Source: Williopsis jadinii (lineage: Eukaryota). From it: 64,000 nucleotides of DNA. This document shows, one piece after another, positions 33,400 through 45,191 of the stretch. The notes beneath the pieces are model-generated. The model was not told where the DNA came from. It made no database searches and saw only the letters and a list, made by a program, of their open reading frames with translations. Both the position numbers and the translations under genes were made by a program. Location: NCBI GenBank assembly GCA_024346625.1, contig AP024665.1, positions 310,001 to 374,000 on the forward strand, in the 5' to 3' direction. Each line of letters opens with the position of its first letter. Positions within the stretch are counted from its first letter, which is position 1.

Positions 33400-36300
33400 G
33401 AGGGAGTAACAAGATACTGGACTCTTGTTCGTAGAAAATGAAGGTTAAGGAGGGTGGGTTTCCACTCTTTTATATTGTTTCTTTTCCTTCGATGCCATCC
33501 TCATTTTCTGGTAAATGTAATGCTAGGCATCAAGGGCATGGTTCCGTTCGTGTCCGTGCTAAATGGTTTTTTCTACTGCATTTCTGCAGGAAGTTCTGAA
33601 ATATCTGCAGACATATGCATAATTTCACAAGGTGCTTTTTTATGCACAGGGTTGTATTTAAAAATGTAGAGCTGTGCGTATGATCATGTGGAATTGCCAT
33701 CTTAAAATAGCAACTCTTCGACTTCACGCAGACCACCTTAGTAGTACGGGATGGGGGGTTGAGTTACTGTTATAGTCGATCATAACATACCAAAAGAGAA
33801 ATATTTTGCTCTTGATGATTGCTAAGTTTCCATTATGTCATAAGCTGATTGGCAAATCTTAGTGGTAGTAATTGACTGAACCAATTGTCTTAACTGTATG
33901 CACCAAGTACCTAAATTGGGATTTACAGAGAGTTGTGTGGGCCTGGGTGTTTGGACAATTGAAAATATTATGTATATGCTCTAGAATTGAGTGGCACGTA
34001 CCTAGAAGAACTTTTTCTCCCTGTATTACTTATGCAGTGCACTTGCTGACAGGGTAATGGTCTATTTGCTTGCCTGTTACTACGGTAGCTGGTACAAAAT
34101 CCATAACACGACCGGTGGTACACGGCGTAACACTTTATGATAAACTAGGTTTTAATGCAATGAAAAAGAATAAATATGGTCAAGCCTTGATATGAGGGAA
34201 TATCATAAGACCTACATGTGGCAAAGCCCAAAATAACAGAAAATTCATATAAATGTCATTGAAGCTAGCATTAGATCGACATCGTATCAAGCTCAAATTT
34301 GTGTCCTGTAAGTTGTATGAAGAGTCCAAGAACATTGTCTTGCAGGGAGATGTTGTGAAGTGTGAAAAAATGCATATGTAAGTTGTGGCCAGCTTGAATT
34401 TTTGGATCTATGTATGTGAACATAAAAAAGATCTCTGGACAAGAAAATTTTGTTCCATTGCATGATGGTCAGCTTTTCATTCTAGGGATATCAATCCACG
34501 AAAATAGCACATGATGTAATAATAATTAAGAGACAATTCCTGATGGTGATCAAGTACAGGTCATAAAGTGCCACCTCTTTGTGTTCAATGTCATACCTGT
34601 AATGAACAATTCTAGAGGCTTGGTTTGAGCGAGGCCTCCGGACGCCTGTGTAAACCGTTATAACCATTTAAAACTTTCCCATTTCATCTTTACACGTATG
34701 GACTCAAAATGATGCCTTTTTCTGTACGTATGTAAGTTATGCTACACCTATGCTATAAACGTTAACTTTTAACCGAACTTGTGTTAATATCCTGGTTACT
34801 ATCCTTCTACGTGACCGAATGAGACTGCTAGTTCGAAGCCCATGCTCCGTTAAGAACACCGAGTAGTCACTGGGTTGTACCAAAGTTGGTGTGTCCTTCA
34901 GCGGTAAAATAAAAGTAGATATTTATTTGGGGCGTCCAAATCGACCGTCTATTTACCTTGGAGAAAAATGGACAGCATGTTTTCAATGTTTTGAGTGTGA
35001 CCAAATTAGGCAATTTCATTTACATATGTACTTGCGGTGTGTTCATTATCCAATGGCAAGGCCAATCAAAGTGCTTGATGTGCAGCTTCTGCTAGAAATA
35101 GACAGGTACGTTCTTTCTTTTTTCCAAGAAAGTTTTTTTCTGCAGTATGCAAAGACTACATATATAACGTAAACAATTTTTGAACCAGGTAAAAAGTTAC
35201 CCTTGTGGACCAAAAGCTGTGTTTTGCAGGCTAGCAGTTGAAAAAAAGAGCCTCAAGCCCGCTATGCCGCATAGGACCACAACTGACCAATTTCACAATG
35301 TAACCTACACAAGCGTCGCAAATCACATTAAAAAAGCAATTATTCCTGATGATGAGGTAACGACTCATCGACTCCACGTTAACTGCCGGATTATAGAGTG
35401 TGTATCGAGCCTCAACTACAGCATAATTAAATTCAGGTACAAGAACTCTGCCGAGGTACTTTTGGGTATGCAGCAAGCGCAGGGCGAGCTGCCTAATCCC
35501 TTGACATTATCAACAGTTGAGCTAACTTCGTATTTTGGAAACCTTTAAATGATCAGGTCATGACAACAGTCCAAACATAATGAAAGTCATCTTCCTTATC
35601 GTCAACACCAACGTTTTTTTTTTTTTTGTATCTGTCCGTGACTCAATGCGTATAAACACTGAGGTTACACCGAATATAGATGGAGATACTATTAGGTTTA
35701 AACTATGCGTCCGATCGGATTTTATATCATGAGATTAAAGTATTTTTTGACTACCGTGCTTTGACAGTGACTCTAAGAGTTTTTAGATATACTTTAGCTC
35801 AAATATGACCACGTCACTAAAACCAGGATGGGGTTCCTCATTTACGAAACAAAAAAGCACGCATTGTTTTGTAAGTACACTTTAACTTTCTTTTTATTTA
35901 TTGAGAAGGGCGATGCGCATCGAGTAGCCTCCATTTACAGGATGTTCGGAACAACGTGAAATATGGAGATCATAATATTTCTGATCATCTATCAGGAAAG
36001 TATGATTTGTTTTTTATTATCCCAACATTAATAGGTTGGTTGATCCGCACTCGAAATCGCACAATTCTATGTGCCAATGCTGTCGATCATGGTCTCGAGA
36101 AACATATGCATCGCACATTCTGCTGGCTGACTGTTTAGGCTTCTGATCAACCACATGACACAGACATATCAACAGTCAGAAGGATGGAAAAACAAAAAAA
36201 ATAACACCCTAAATGTTTATGAATATTTTATAGAACCCTAGAGCCTCTTGATAAGTTCTAGGTTGTTCCGTGATTGTCAATGACTGTATTAAGACCATCG

Positions 36301-38760
36301 CATAAGATTCATGAATCTCAAATTGATTTTCTAAACATTGTTTATTCACTTAAACTCAAGATACAAATCAGATCTATATCACTCAATATCATACTTAGAA
36401 AGCTTTCAAAATTTTCACCTCCTCAAACAGTATGATGAATGCTCATGTTCTAGGTTAAGCTAGAATTCTTAGATGTGTCGGTTAGTCCTAATCTGTCCAG
36501 TCAGCTTGAGAGTACATTACGCATGGGTTACGATCGAAGAACCACTACACGCCAACAAATAATATTCCTAAACCTGTATGCACTTACCTCTTCTGTTTTT
36601 CCATTGCTTTAATCGCCAATATAAGGGTACATCTGGTTTGACAAAATATAGACGCTCGGTGTCTTCAAGAGTTTAAGATTGGCTGCTCAAGAAAGGCAGG
36701 GGTAATATATCGAGGTGATGATGACCGATCCTCATTGACTCCAAAATACAGTTTTGAGCTTCTAGAACCCATGGAAGATGCGCTTGGGGCATATGTATAC
36801 ATAATAGGTTGAGATGGATAAAATTAATGGCCCCATGGTGGCATGGCTCCATGATGAGTCACATTCTCTACTTCCAAATGCTTATTCGCCCATGACTGTA
36901 AGGAGAATGTGCTTAAGCATACGGCCAAGATCTTAGGTTAAGAGGATTTTTATTGTCTCCATTTTTGTACGTTGAGAGCTAATGTCTGGTTTTGAACCAT
37001 TAGAATACGGGAAATGTGCTGTTCATGTGTACTCTAGATTTATGTTTGATACACTTGATTTTTCATGATAGGCATTCGAACCACAACATAACAGATAATA
37101 TTCCGAATTGGCATCTAAAGACCGGATAAAGGATTCAATTTAGATTGACTGTGGATCTTTTTGTGTAGAATCTTCCTTTATAGAGACGTAGTATAACCTG
37201 GAATTACCACGAATAGAGTGGGAATACGAGTGGAGAATTTTGACCGCCTCCACCAGCTGTAAAATAGATGGATGTTGCAAAAATGTTCCATGCTTGAAAC
37301 TGCAGATCACATAGAATTGGCAACTCCTCATAGATACGAAATCCAGAAACATCACATTACCCCTTCAGAAAATTGTTGTTTACTAAACTCCAGTGCTCAT
37401 CAAAGTGCTGATCTTTTAAAACTAGGGGTTAGTATGTAGTTTATCCTGATTGAAGGTTAATTCACCTGTTTGACACATGATGGACAAAGGAAAATGGTAC
37501 AATACAAAACAAGTGTTACTGGTAGATATTTAGCTCCCACGTCGATGTTACAGATCGATAATATTCAAAAGGGTAAGTCAGCGACTACATTGGGCTTGCA
37601 ACTTCGTTCATCATCTGCATTTTTTCAATCAAGGCGCTTAAGTTAATATTTTAAAGTTATGAATTTCAAAAATCTATCAGTTGCAGGAAGTTTCGTCTTA
37701 AGTATGAAGTCATAAAGTTTTGACGCACAATATTGAATTAACTTTGAAAATGTTCAATAGCTTCTCCCAGGATCACAAGATCCCAGTCTGTTCTCATGCC
37801 AGGTTTGATGATCTTCTAATCTTGTCAGAAAAATTTTCAATTACACGAAGTGTATAATCTCATATGGACCAAGATGATCTAGACATTATCTGATTTTCCC
37901 GTGAAGATAATAAGTTTCGGTGAGTCTTGTTATAAGGTATATAAAGACTGAGATAAAGATCAAAAACTTGAAGATTAGATTTGGTACATGAACTTTATTG
38001 TTATTAAGTAAGTCGAATCTGAAAACTCCTAAGATGTCTAGGCAAATGTAACACACAGAAGTTCACAATTTCTAATGGGTAATTGGCAGCCTGACCATTT
38101 TAGTCTACTCATGAATCTTCCTTGAAGACAACAGAATTGAATAACAAGAGTTTCAGACTTTGAAAATGAAAGCCCAGAAAATCAACAAAAGGGAAGAAGT
38201 TGAACCTGGAAACAACAGTAACTTCTTCAAAATGACAAATAATTTCAACCTCAGTTAAGGAAAAGGAAGGAGGTGGTTACTCATTTGTGCTTAAAAAAGT
38301 CACAGCAGGTATCATGCAGGGAAAGTTGCACATTCTGAAGGTTTGGGTTTCATTTCGGTCCATTGGAAGTAATCACCATCCATAAAGGACAACAGCTCAG
38401 CATATAGAAGTTGGTCTAATGGAACAGTAGTGGGCTACCGACAGACCGTTTTATCCCGGAGAGCGTTTCGATCAGGAACAGTACAGATGGGTTATGTAAA
38501 TCAGCAAACATCAACTTCAATTTGCACATTACAAGCTTTGAAGCTGTTGCTATTGAATTCCACGTACACACAACGACAGCTTTTAAGTTTGTAGACTGGG
38601 GGGATTATCCCACACGCGAGCAGTTTTGAACATCAAATCGTCCTTATACCAACAACACGTATACCTATTATCTCATTGAATTACTCTCTCTCAGCGTCAA
38701 AGCGTACGAAGTTTTAGTATGTTGCTCTAACCGTTCGTATCCCCAGAAAAAACCAAAAAA
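33400..38760. other. About 5.4-kb gene-free block, visibly AT-richer in 35.6-38.3 kb (centromere candidate / decayed element region)
   Basis: No intact credible ORF between AQY1 and tRNA-Ser; the longest intergenic stretch in the window. Confidence 0.35.
35020..35480 (+). mobile_element. Possible highly decayed Crypton / Ndc10-domain-II tyrosine recombinase fragment
   Basis: HMYLRC....MA, AKTT, YPCGPKAVF and VTYTSVANHIKKAIIPDDEVTTHRLHVNCR fall in the order of recalled Crypton motifs (LLRG, GKTN, CPVGALAFY, SY......IKKA...........THxxR). Confidence 0.35.
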
Positions 38761-38765
38761 AATGG

Positions 38766-38864
38766 CGTCACAGACAGGATTCGAACCTGCGCAGGCAGAA
38801 CCCAATGCCTAACAGCTTCTTAGAAGATAGCAGGGCATCGCCTTAACCACTCGGCCACTGTAAC
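38766..38864 (-). tRNA. tRNA-Ser(GCU) with 17-nt intron (38811-38827)
   Basis: GTTACAGTGGCCGAGTGGTTAAGGCGATGCCCTGCTA-[intron]-AGGCATTGGGTTCTGCCTGCGCAGGTTCGAATCCTGTCTGTGACG, then a T-run; closely matches yeast tS(GCU). Confidence 0.97.
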
Positions 38865-39033
38865 CACTTTGCGAAAGATTTCGATTTTCCAACAGATCAA
38901 TTTTGTCTGAAAGCTGTACCTGGTGCCTCATAATAGACACATGACTCCGACATATGTATACATACTACAAAACAGAGCCCATTTCTAGCTGATGATCAGC
39001 TTCAAATAAACTATACCAAGACTAGATTATGCC

Positions 39034-39813
39034 TTACATACCAAGTAACTCTCTACTTTCTGGAATTGTAAATTCTACAATTACGTTCTCATCGGATTGT
39101 AGGCGGGCTTTGATATTGACATCTTGGTGGTTTCTGATATCGATTGAAACCAACTCTTGTCCCCAAGGCCCTTTGTAAAGACTGAAAATGCACTTAACCT
39201 CTCTAACTGCAACTGCTGGAATGGTGTCTATGAGTGTACCATTCTTCAATAAGAAATTTAATGTTGGATTTATGCTTGTACTTATAGCCTGGTCCATACA
39301 GTTGAGTTCTCTCTGAAGTGATCTATGAATGAACTGAGAGATTATAACCACATCATCAACAAACATAGTATTTGTATGGAACACTTCTTCTCCGGCTGCA
39401 AAGTTGGATATACGCTTGATGGAACTCCAGATGTCACTGGCTAGTGTAATCATATCTCTCGCTTCGAGAAGAAGATAGAATTTCAATGACTTGACCTCGA
39501 ATCTCAAAATCGGTTTGACAAGAAATTTCCAAAGGTCTTTGACACCAAGAGAACTTATTGACGTAGGAAGTGTTACAACAATTCGATCAAATAAAGCAGG
39601 TCTGTTGTAGCCTCTTGTACATTCGTGATATAGGTGATGTGGTAATGTTGCATAAGTAATATTTTGGCTGTCAATCGAAACCAATGCATTGAAATCACTC
39701 AGACTGTGGTCTACATCTAAAAGCTCAAATGAATCTGTTGGATAACATTGACAAACACTTATTCTGAAGAATGAAACAACGAAGAAAATCAAACGAGTCA
39801 TTGCGTTGAGCAT
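39034..39813 (-). CDS. Hypothetical secreted or ER-luminal protein (259 aa)
   Basis: ATG ORF with signal-peptide-like MTRLIFFVVSFFRISVCQC; globular composition; N-glycosylation sequons (NIT, NGT). Confidence 0.65.
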   Translation of the reverse strand: MLNAMTRLIFFVVSFFRISVCQCYPTDSFELLDVDHSLSDFNALVSIDSQNITYATLPHHLYHECTRGYNRPALFDRIVVTLPTSISSLGVKDLWKFLVKPILRFEVKSLKFYLLLEARDMITLASDIWSSIKRISNFAAGEEVFHTNTMFVDDVVIISQFIHRSLQRELNCMDQAISTSINPTLNFLLKNGTLIDTIPAVAVREVKCIFSLYKGPWGQELVSIDIRNHQDVNIKARLQSDENVIVEFTIPESRELLGM

Positions 39814-39948
39814 ATATTTGTCATAAATCTTTAGTATTGAACCCCAATAAAACTATCAGTATATCAATCAATGCTGCCAGGAACCGTCAGGCCACAAAGA
39901 GATTACGATGAGTAATATCAAATGTCGATAGACCACAAACATCATTAA

Positions 39949-42450
39949 TTATTTCAATTCACCAGGTAACTCATTATCGTGCACAGAAGCTTCGTGCATA
40001 CTGTTTCTTTTCGATAGATTATCAGATGGTCTCAATAGGTTTGAATTTATGCTGATTCTCTTTTGGCCTGAAAGGTGAGAATTTGAACGTGACCGATTCC
40101 GGTTCGGTGAGTTCAAAGGTGATTGATTAGGGCTCTTGGTTCTGAATGGACGGAGCCCATCAGCATCTAAATCCTGTCTTGGAGATGAAAGATGATTTGC
40201 TGGCACTGTTGTGATCACAGGTGCTTTGGCCCTGTCCACTTTGACAGATGCGATTGATTTTTGCTCATGGATTTGAACTCTTTCGTCATAGTTTCTTTCC
40301 AATTCTTCCAATTTTATATATAGAATCTCTCTAAATCTCGCATCATATAGGTCTTCGACTAGATGCGATAAAATCGGGAAGTCATCAACATTTGCGGTGT
40401 TTGTTCTTGGAGAATGCCTCAAGATCAAGTGATGGAAGGGGAAATCCTTGAAGTTTTGCAAATCTTCAAACGTGACATACGTAACAATATGATTCATGAT
40501 GGCGAGTAACGTGGCCAAGTTTTGCCTTGGAATTGTACCTAAGATAGTTGCAGCCTGATCCTTATCCTCCTTAGCTCTTGAGTAATGTCTGAGTAGGGCA
40601 TCATAGCAAGTAAATGGTACCACACTGTCTGGGAGTTCCAATAACCAGAGTTTGAAAAAATTCACAATGGAATTTGAAGTTTCCCCTGAGCAGAGTTCTT
40701 TGGTGAGCGCTTTCACAGCAGAAGCCTGATCTTCTAAGCCTTCTATTTGAGAGAATTTAACCATCTTGGACAGTAGAACATTCTTTAGTCTGTTAGATGA
40801 TGTCAAGTCCAAGGGTGCTGTCCAAGATTTATCGACCCCTTCAGCAGCATCCAAATATTCAATAGTTGATTTAATCAGAACTGGAAGTGACTTCCACTTG
40901 GAATTCTTCTCGTTATAATCCAATGCTAAGTTCACCAGGTCAACACCTATTAGTTCTAGGTGGCAATTATGACTATGTTCCATATGGTTGATATATCTCA
41001 ATTCATTGGTTGGCCAAAACCAGCCACCTTTAGAATTCGTCATTGATTGTAAAAGATCGTATTGCACCGTGTCCTCCGATAGTTTTGTACCTTGGAGTTC
41101 TTGGAGTGATTGGAGTGCTGCTTGGTGGTGTGAGATTAATTTGTCAACCAACTGTTCATTGAGCAATATTAACAAATGGTCTCTATTGGTCTCGTAAGTT
41201 TGTGCTTTAACACACGTTGATGTAATGAGTTGTTCTAGAGTTGCCTTTTCCAGGTTGAGACATTTCAATTCGTTGATGTACTTTTCGTTAAGTTCAGCAA
41301 CTTCTTTCTTGAGGAATTCAGGATCTGCCGGTGTGCCCGTGAATGGGTTCTTGATAGAGCTCCAAATACTAGAGGAAGCTGCCGATGGTGCTATTTCTGA
41401 GGTTTCAGCAGAGTCTTCCGCATTATTGGTAACCACATCTTCTTCGTTCTCTTCATCATGGTTGTTAAACTTTGCAATGAATCTTGTCAAATCAGTAAAC
41501 TCGTAATAACCTGAATCAGATGCGAATATTCTTCTTCCAACAGAGATTTTATTCCACGGTGTTATCAAGTTCAGGTCCAACAGATCTTGACCAAATTTCT
41601 CCAACTTCAAGAGAGTATTTTCATCTGGTAATGAATTTCTAACCCATTTAACCAGCTCTTCACTAGCAAAGTACTCGTTATTAACACCTGGAAGTGGGAT
41701 TAACCTTCTTTTCACCTTGATTTCATCAATCATTGTGTACAGTAAGTCACTAAGGTTATCTAGTGTCTGTAATACAGTGGAACCTATCGTCAATGGGAAT
41801 TTGAAAGTGTCATCCTCATCTCGGTCTTCTGATTTGACTTCAGCTTGAGGTGTAGGCATCAGGCTTGTCTCTGAAGCTGTTGATGATGGTAATTGTGATT
41901 GATTGACATCTGTCTGTGAGGTTTCAGCAAGTCCACTATTGGACTGGGCGTTCTCCAGAGTGGTTACTCTTGAAATGAGCTTCTTCTCGATTGTTGTACA
42001 ACTCTGAATGAGACGGATATACTGGTTGTATTGGAACTGTAACGAGTTTCTAGATGATTTAATAAAGTCCTTGTAATCATCAAGGAACTCATGTAATCTT
42101 ATGACAACGTTATCCTTCAAATCTACCGCCAACAGCTCTAGTGAATTGGCAATGTGTTCGTAGTTGTTCTCCAATGACTCGTTGAAATGGTTGAAAGTAA
42201 CGACATCTTTACCATCCAGAAACGTTTCACAGGTCTTAGAGTCCAACGACAGCACAGTATCCCTTGTTCCCTTGAAATGCTTCCGCTTTTTGTTCCACCC
42301 ACTACTTACAGTGACCATGGTGGTATATGTCTGGTACGTATCCAGGGAGTGCTGAATATCGAGAGATCGACATTCCAAAGTATCGAACAAAGCCTTGATT
42401 CCGGTGATATAGTCACTCGTCCAAAAGGTATCCTTGAATTGAATCGTCAT
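39949..42450 (-). CDS. RGD3: F-BAR/DEP/RhoGAP-like protein (Rgd3/Rgd2 family)
   Basis: F.DTFWTSDY.TGI F-BAR start; DEP-like EYF.SEELVKW..EKFGQDLL; KLWLLELPDSVVP RhoGAP motif; adjacent to SVP26 as YHR182W/YHR181W. Confidence 0.82.
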   Translation of the reverse strand: MTIQFKDTFWTSDYITGIKALFDTLECRSLDIQHSLDTYQTYTTMVTVSSGWNKKRKHFKGTRDTVLSLDSKTCETFLDGKDVVTFNHFNESLENNYEHIANSLELLAVDLKDNVVIRLHEFLDDYKDFIKSSRNSLQFQYNQYIRLIQSCTTIEKKLISRVTTLENAQSNSGLAETSQTDVNQSQLPSSTASETSLMPTPQAEVKSEDRDEDDTFKFPLTIGSTVLQTLDNLSDLLYTMIDEIKVKRRLIPLPGVNNEYFASEELVKWVRNSLPDENTLLKLEKFGQDLLDLNLITPWNKISVGRRIFASDSGYYEFTDLTRFIAKFNNHDEENEEDVVTNNAEDSAETSEIAPSAASSSIWSSIKNPFTGTPADPEFLKKEVAELNEKYINELKCLNLEKATLEQLITSTCVKAQTYETNRDHLLILLNEQLVDKLISHHQAALQSLQELQGTKLSEDTVQYDLLQSMTNSKGGWFWPTNELRYINHMEHSHNCHLELIGVDLVNLALDYNEKNSKWKSLPVLIKSTIEYLDAAEGVDKSWTAPLDLTSSNRLKNVLLSKMVKFSQIEGLEDQASAVKALTKELCSGETSNSIVNFFKLWLLELPDSVVPFTCYDALLRHYSRAKEDKDQAATILGTIPRQNLATLLAIMNHIVTYVTFEDLQNFKDFPFHHLILRHSPRTNTANVDDFPILSHLVEDLYDARFREILYIKLEELERNYDERVQIHEQKSIASVKVDRAKAPVITTVPANHLSSPRQDLDADGLRPFRTKSPNQSPLNSPNRNRSRSNSHLSGQKRISINSNLLRPSDNLSKRNSMHEASVHDNELPGELK

Positions 42451-42664
42451 GATCTAATCGTTGCTCTAGGGTTGTTATTCCTACCGTGTTGTTGAAAGTG
42501 TCCTTGTTCTCACTTACAGAAAGGGTTGGGAAGCGTTCACCAATTTCTTCGCGATGATGGCGACCCCAAATAGTGTGACGACGCCGTGTTACAAGGTGGG
42601 CACAGAGGCCCATCGTTGCTAATTAGCTATTATTAGTGTATATACATTGTCAGTAGATTATATA

Positions 42665-43273
42665 TCATATTATTCTTCCATGATTTGGATCCAGTTCATA
42701 TCCCATTGAGCGTGAAACTTTGTATATCCAGTCCCTCACTGTTCCAATGATCACCTTAGCAAGCCCTTGGTTTCTGCCACTTGAATGAACGTCATCGTTC
42801 TTCTTGTAATGAGTGGTGCTTGGAAGCACGTTGTCACCTGCGCTGAGACTGACAAACAGTGCAAACGGTATGAACCATACACACACACCAAAGAAGGAAG
42901 CAACCTCAGCAAATGTTGTCTGGTTTTGAGAAAAGTGCTTGAACCACAGGAAATGGTTCATCACGACTAGTACGCACGACGCGAGGAACGACAAACTGGT
43001 GAACTCAATCATAGGGAACCGTTTCAAGTTTTGATAGTAGACCCACTGTGTGAAGATGGAGAACGAGACCAGCTTCCATGGGAAGGAGTCAAATACCAAA
43101 AGCAGTACGTATATACCGACAATGACGTAGATGCTCATCGTAAGGAACTTCTTAGTGGACACGGTATGCTCTTCAACCAGTTCAGAAACATAGTACAGTC
43201 CAGATGCAATGGACAGTGTGAGGAACAAAAATCCAAGCACTATTCCAACATAAGAGAGTAAGGATAGAATCAT
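42665..43273 (-). CDS. SVP26: ER-to-Golgi cargo adaptor Svp26 (Erv26/TEX261 family)
   Basis: FLFLTLSIASGLYYVSELVEEH, NHFLWF, FAEVASFFGVCVWFIPFALFVSLSAGDNVLP. Confidence 0.95.
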   Translation of the reverse strand: MILSLLSYVGIVLGFLFLTLSIASGLYYVSELVEEHTVSTKKFLTMSIYVIVGIYVLLLVFDSFPWKLVSFSIFTQWVYYQNLKRFPMIEFTSLSFLASCVLVVMNHFLWFKHFSQNQTTFAEVASFFGVCVWFIPFALFVSLSAGDNVLPSTTHYKKNDDVHSSGRNQGLAKVIIGTVRDWIYKVSRSMGYELDPNHGRII

Positions 43274-43427
43274 TTTCTCCAGCTATTCGTGTTGCTGAGT
43301 TTGCTTTAAAGGAAGACAAAGAACGGAAAGAATAAAGGAGGAAGCAAAAAATACACCGCTCACCACATAGAAAGGAAGAGTGGTGCGCGTGAACAGAGCA
43401 AAAAAAAAATAGGCAGAGCTGCTAGTT

Positions 43428-43433
43428 ACGCGT
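43428..43433. promoter_or_regulatory. MCB element upstream of UNG1
   Basis: ACGCGT about 70 bp upstream of the UNG1 ATG. Confidence 0.55.
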
Positions 43434-43500
43434 CCACGTTAGCTTTCCGCGTTAGCGCTACAGCAGAGGTTATTGCTTAGTGGGAGCATTGGGAACGATT

Positions 43501-44406
43501 ATGAAGAGAACATCAACCAGTCCAGTGTGTGCTGCTAAGAGGACAAAGATCACGGACTTCTTCCACAAGAAAGTTGTTGTTAGAAGTGTATCCAATGACA
43601 CTCCAGTTTCGCCTGTTAATACTGGTAAGAAGACCAATTTCAAGGAACAGTTTGCACAGAAGTTGAATGATGAGCAGAAAGAACTGTTACAACTTGAGAT
43701 TAACACACTCGAAGACTCATGGTTCGAGGCCCTGCACAAGGAATTGACCAAACCGTACTTCCTGAACTTGAAGAGATTCTTGAAGCAGCAGAGATCAGCC
43801 AACAAGATCTTCCCGCCTATGGAGGATGTCTACTCATGGTCAAGATTGACTCCATTGTCAAAGGTTAAGGTCATAATACTTGGACAGGACCCATACCATA
43901 ACGATAACCAAGCCCATGGTCTGGCGTTCTCAGTCAAACCACCAACAGTTCCCCCACCGAGCTTGAAAAATATCTACAAGGCTTTGAAGATGGACTATCC
44001 ACAGTTTGAAGTGCCGTTGAAAAGTGGTGATTTAACGCTATGGGCCGAACAAGGTGTTCTACTATTAAATGCATGTCTTACAGTGCGTGCACATGAGGCC
44101 AATAGCCATTCAGGTAAAGGCTGGGAGCAGTTCACAGAGGAGGTCTTGAAAGTTGCACTAAATACAGGCGAGTCAAAAGTTTTGATGCTATGGGGAACTC
44201 CAGCACAGAATAGGGTTAAAACGATGAATTTGAAGAATCATTATGCATTGAGATCTGTGCATCCAAGTCCTCTTAGTGCTCGACGTGGGTTCTTTGATGG
44301 TCACCATTTCAAAAAGTGTAACGATTGGCTAATAGAGCAGGGAAGAAGTCCAGTACGTTGGGAGCTGATGAAAGGAAACGTTATAAACTACAAAAATCAA
44401 TCGTAA
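43501..44406 (+). CDS. UNG1: Uracil-DNA glycosylase
   Basis: GQDPYH, QAHGLAFSV, PPSLKNIY, GVLLLN, HPSPLSA motifs; PIP-like KITDFF near the N-terminus. Confidence 0.97.
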   Translation: MKRTSTSPVCAAKRTKITDFFHKKVVVRSVSNDTPVSPVNTGKKTNFKEQFAQKLNDEQKELLQLEINTLEDSWFEALHKELTKPYFLNLKRFLKQQRSANKIFPPMEDVYSWSRLTPLSKVKVIILGQDPYHNDNQAHGLAFSVKPPTVPPPSLKNIYKALKMDYPQFEVPLKSGDLTLWAEQGVLLLNACLTVRAHEANSHSGKGWEQFTEEVLKVALNTGESKVLMLWGTPAQNRVKTMNLKNHYALRSVHPSPLSARRGFFDGHHFKKCNDWLIEQGRSPVRWELMKGNVINYKNQS

Positions 44407-44414
44407 AGTAATAT

Positions 44415-45191
44415 TTAGTGTGTCATCTCAAATCTATACTTTTCAACATCCATGAGTCTTTGTCTCAGTTTGATATTTGTATCTTGTCTCTCGTGTAATT
44501 GGTCCATCAGATCCGCCAGTTGTTCTCTGTAGCTCTCAAGCTCAACTGCATGCTTCCTATCCATTTGTCGTTGATGTTTAGACCAATTACTCTTATCCAA
44601 GTTCTTCATTAGTGCAATTTCTCTCTTCAACTGTGATATGAGTTGAACGCTTTCGTCGTATTGCAATCTTAGGTTGTCCAACTCTACTTTGATATTTTGG
44701 ATCTCATTATCTTTCCCTTGGATATAATCAGACATCGACTGCATTGACGTAGCCTGTGATAGTGCTGTGGAGCCACTATCCGAGAACAAACTCGAATTCA
44801 AAGAGTTTATGCTCTCACTGTGTTTGAAGGAATTCTCCTGTTTACCCCTTCTCAACTGCTCATTCTCCAATTTCAGCTGTTCGTTGGCCTTTGTCACTTC
44901 ATTGACCATATCCAACGCCTTTGCAGCTTGGTAGCTGAGCATTTGAACCTGTTCTTCCAGTATATGGTTTCTCTCTCGCTCGCCATCCAATCCACTCTGT
45001 ATGCACATCATATTCTTAGACTTTTTAGACTTAAGTCCCCATTGTTTGGCATTTGTCACTGACGATGTAGAGCGGAAACTCATAGGGGAGCTGGGAACGT
45101 TGTGAAGGTTCAGCTCTGGTGGGTCAAGTATCGTAAGGTTGGAATCCACATCATCACGATTTGATGTACTGTTCTTAAAGAAATCGAGCAT
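44415..45191 (-). CDS. Hypothetical coiled-coil protein (258 aa)
   Basis: Two long heptad-rich segments separated by Ser-rich linkers; convergent with UNG1 (8-bp gap). Confidence 0.75.
   Translation of the reverse strand: MLDFFKNSTSNRDDVDSNLTILDPPELNLHNVPSSPMSFRSTSSVTNAKQWGLKSKKSKNMMCIQSGLDGERERNHILEEQVQMLSYQAAKALDMVNEVTKANEQLKLENEQLRRGKQENSFKHSESINSLNSSLFSDSGSTALSQATSMQSMSDYIQGKDNEIQNIKVELDNLRLQYDESVQLISQLKREIALMKNLDKSNWSKHQRQMDRKHAVELESYREQLADLMDQLHERQDTNIKLRQRLMDVEKYRFEMTH

Noticed and set aside
35600..38700. Search for LTRs, long inverted repeats, point-centromere CDE elements or TnpB remnants
   Set aside because: None recognisable by eye; short ORFs such as 37140-37355 showed no convincing motif.
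40740..40880. RhoGAP domain lacking an obvious arginine finger (EGVDKSW)
   Set aside because: As I recall, Rgd2/Rgd3-type domains are already divergent here; it cannot be called novel without an alignment.
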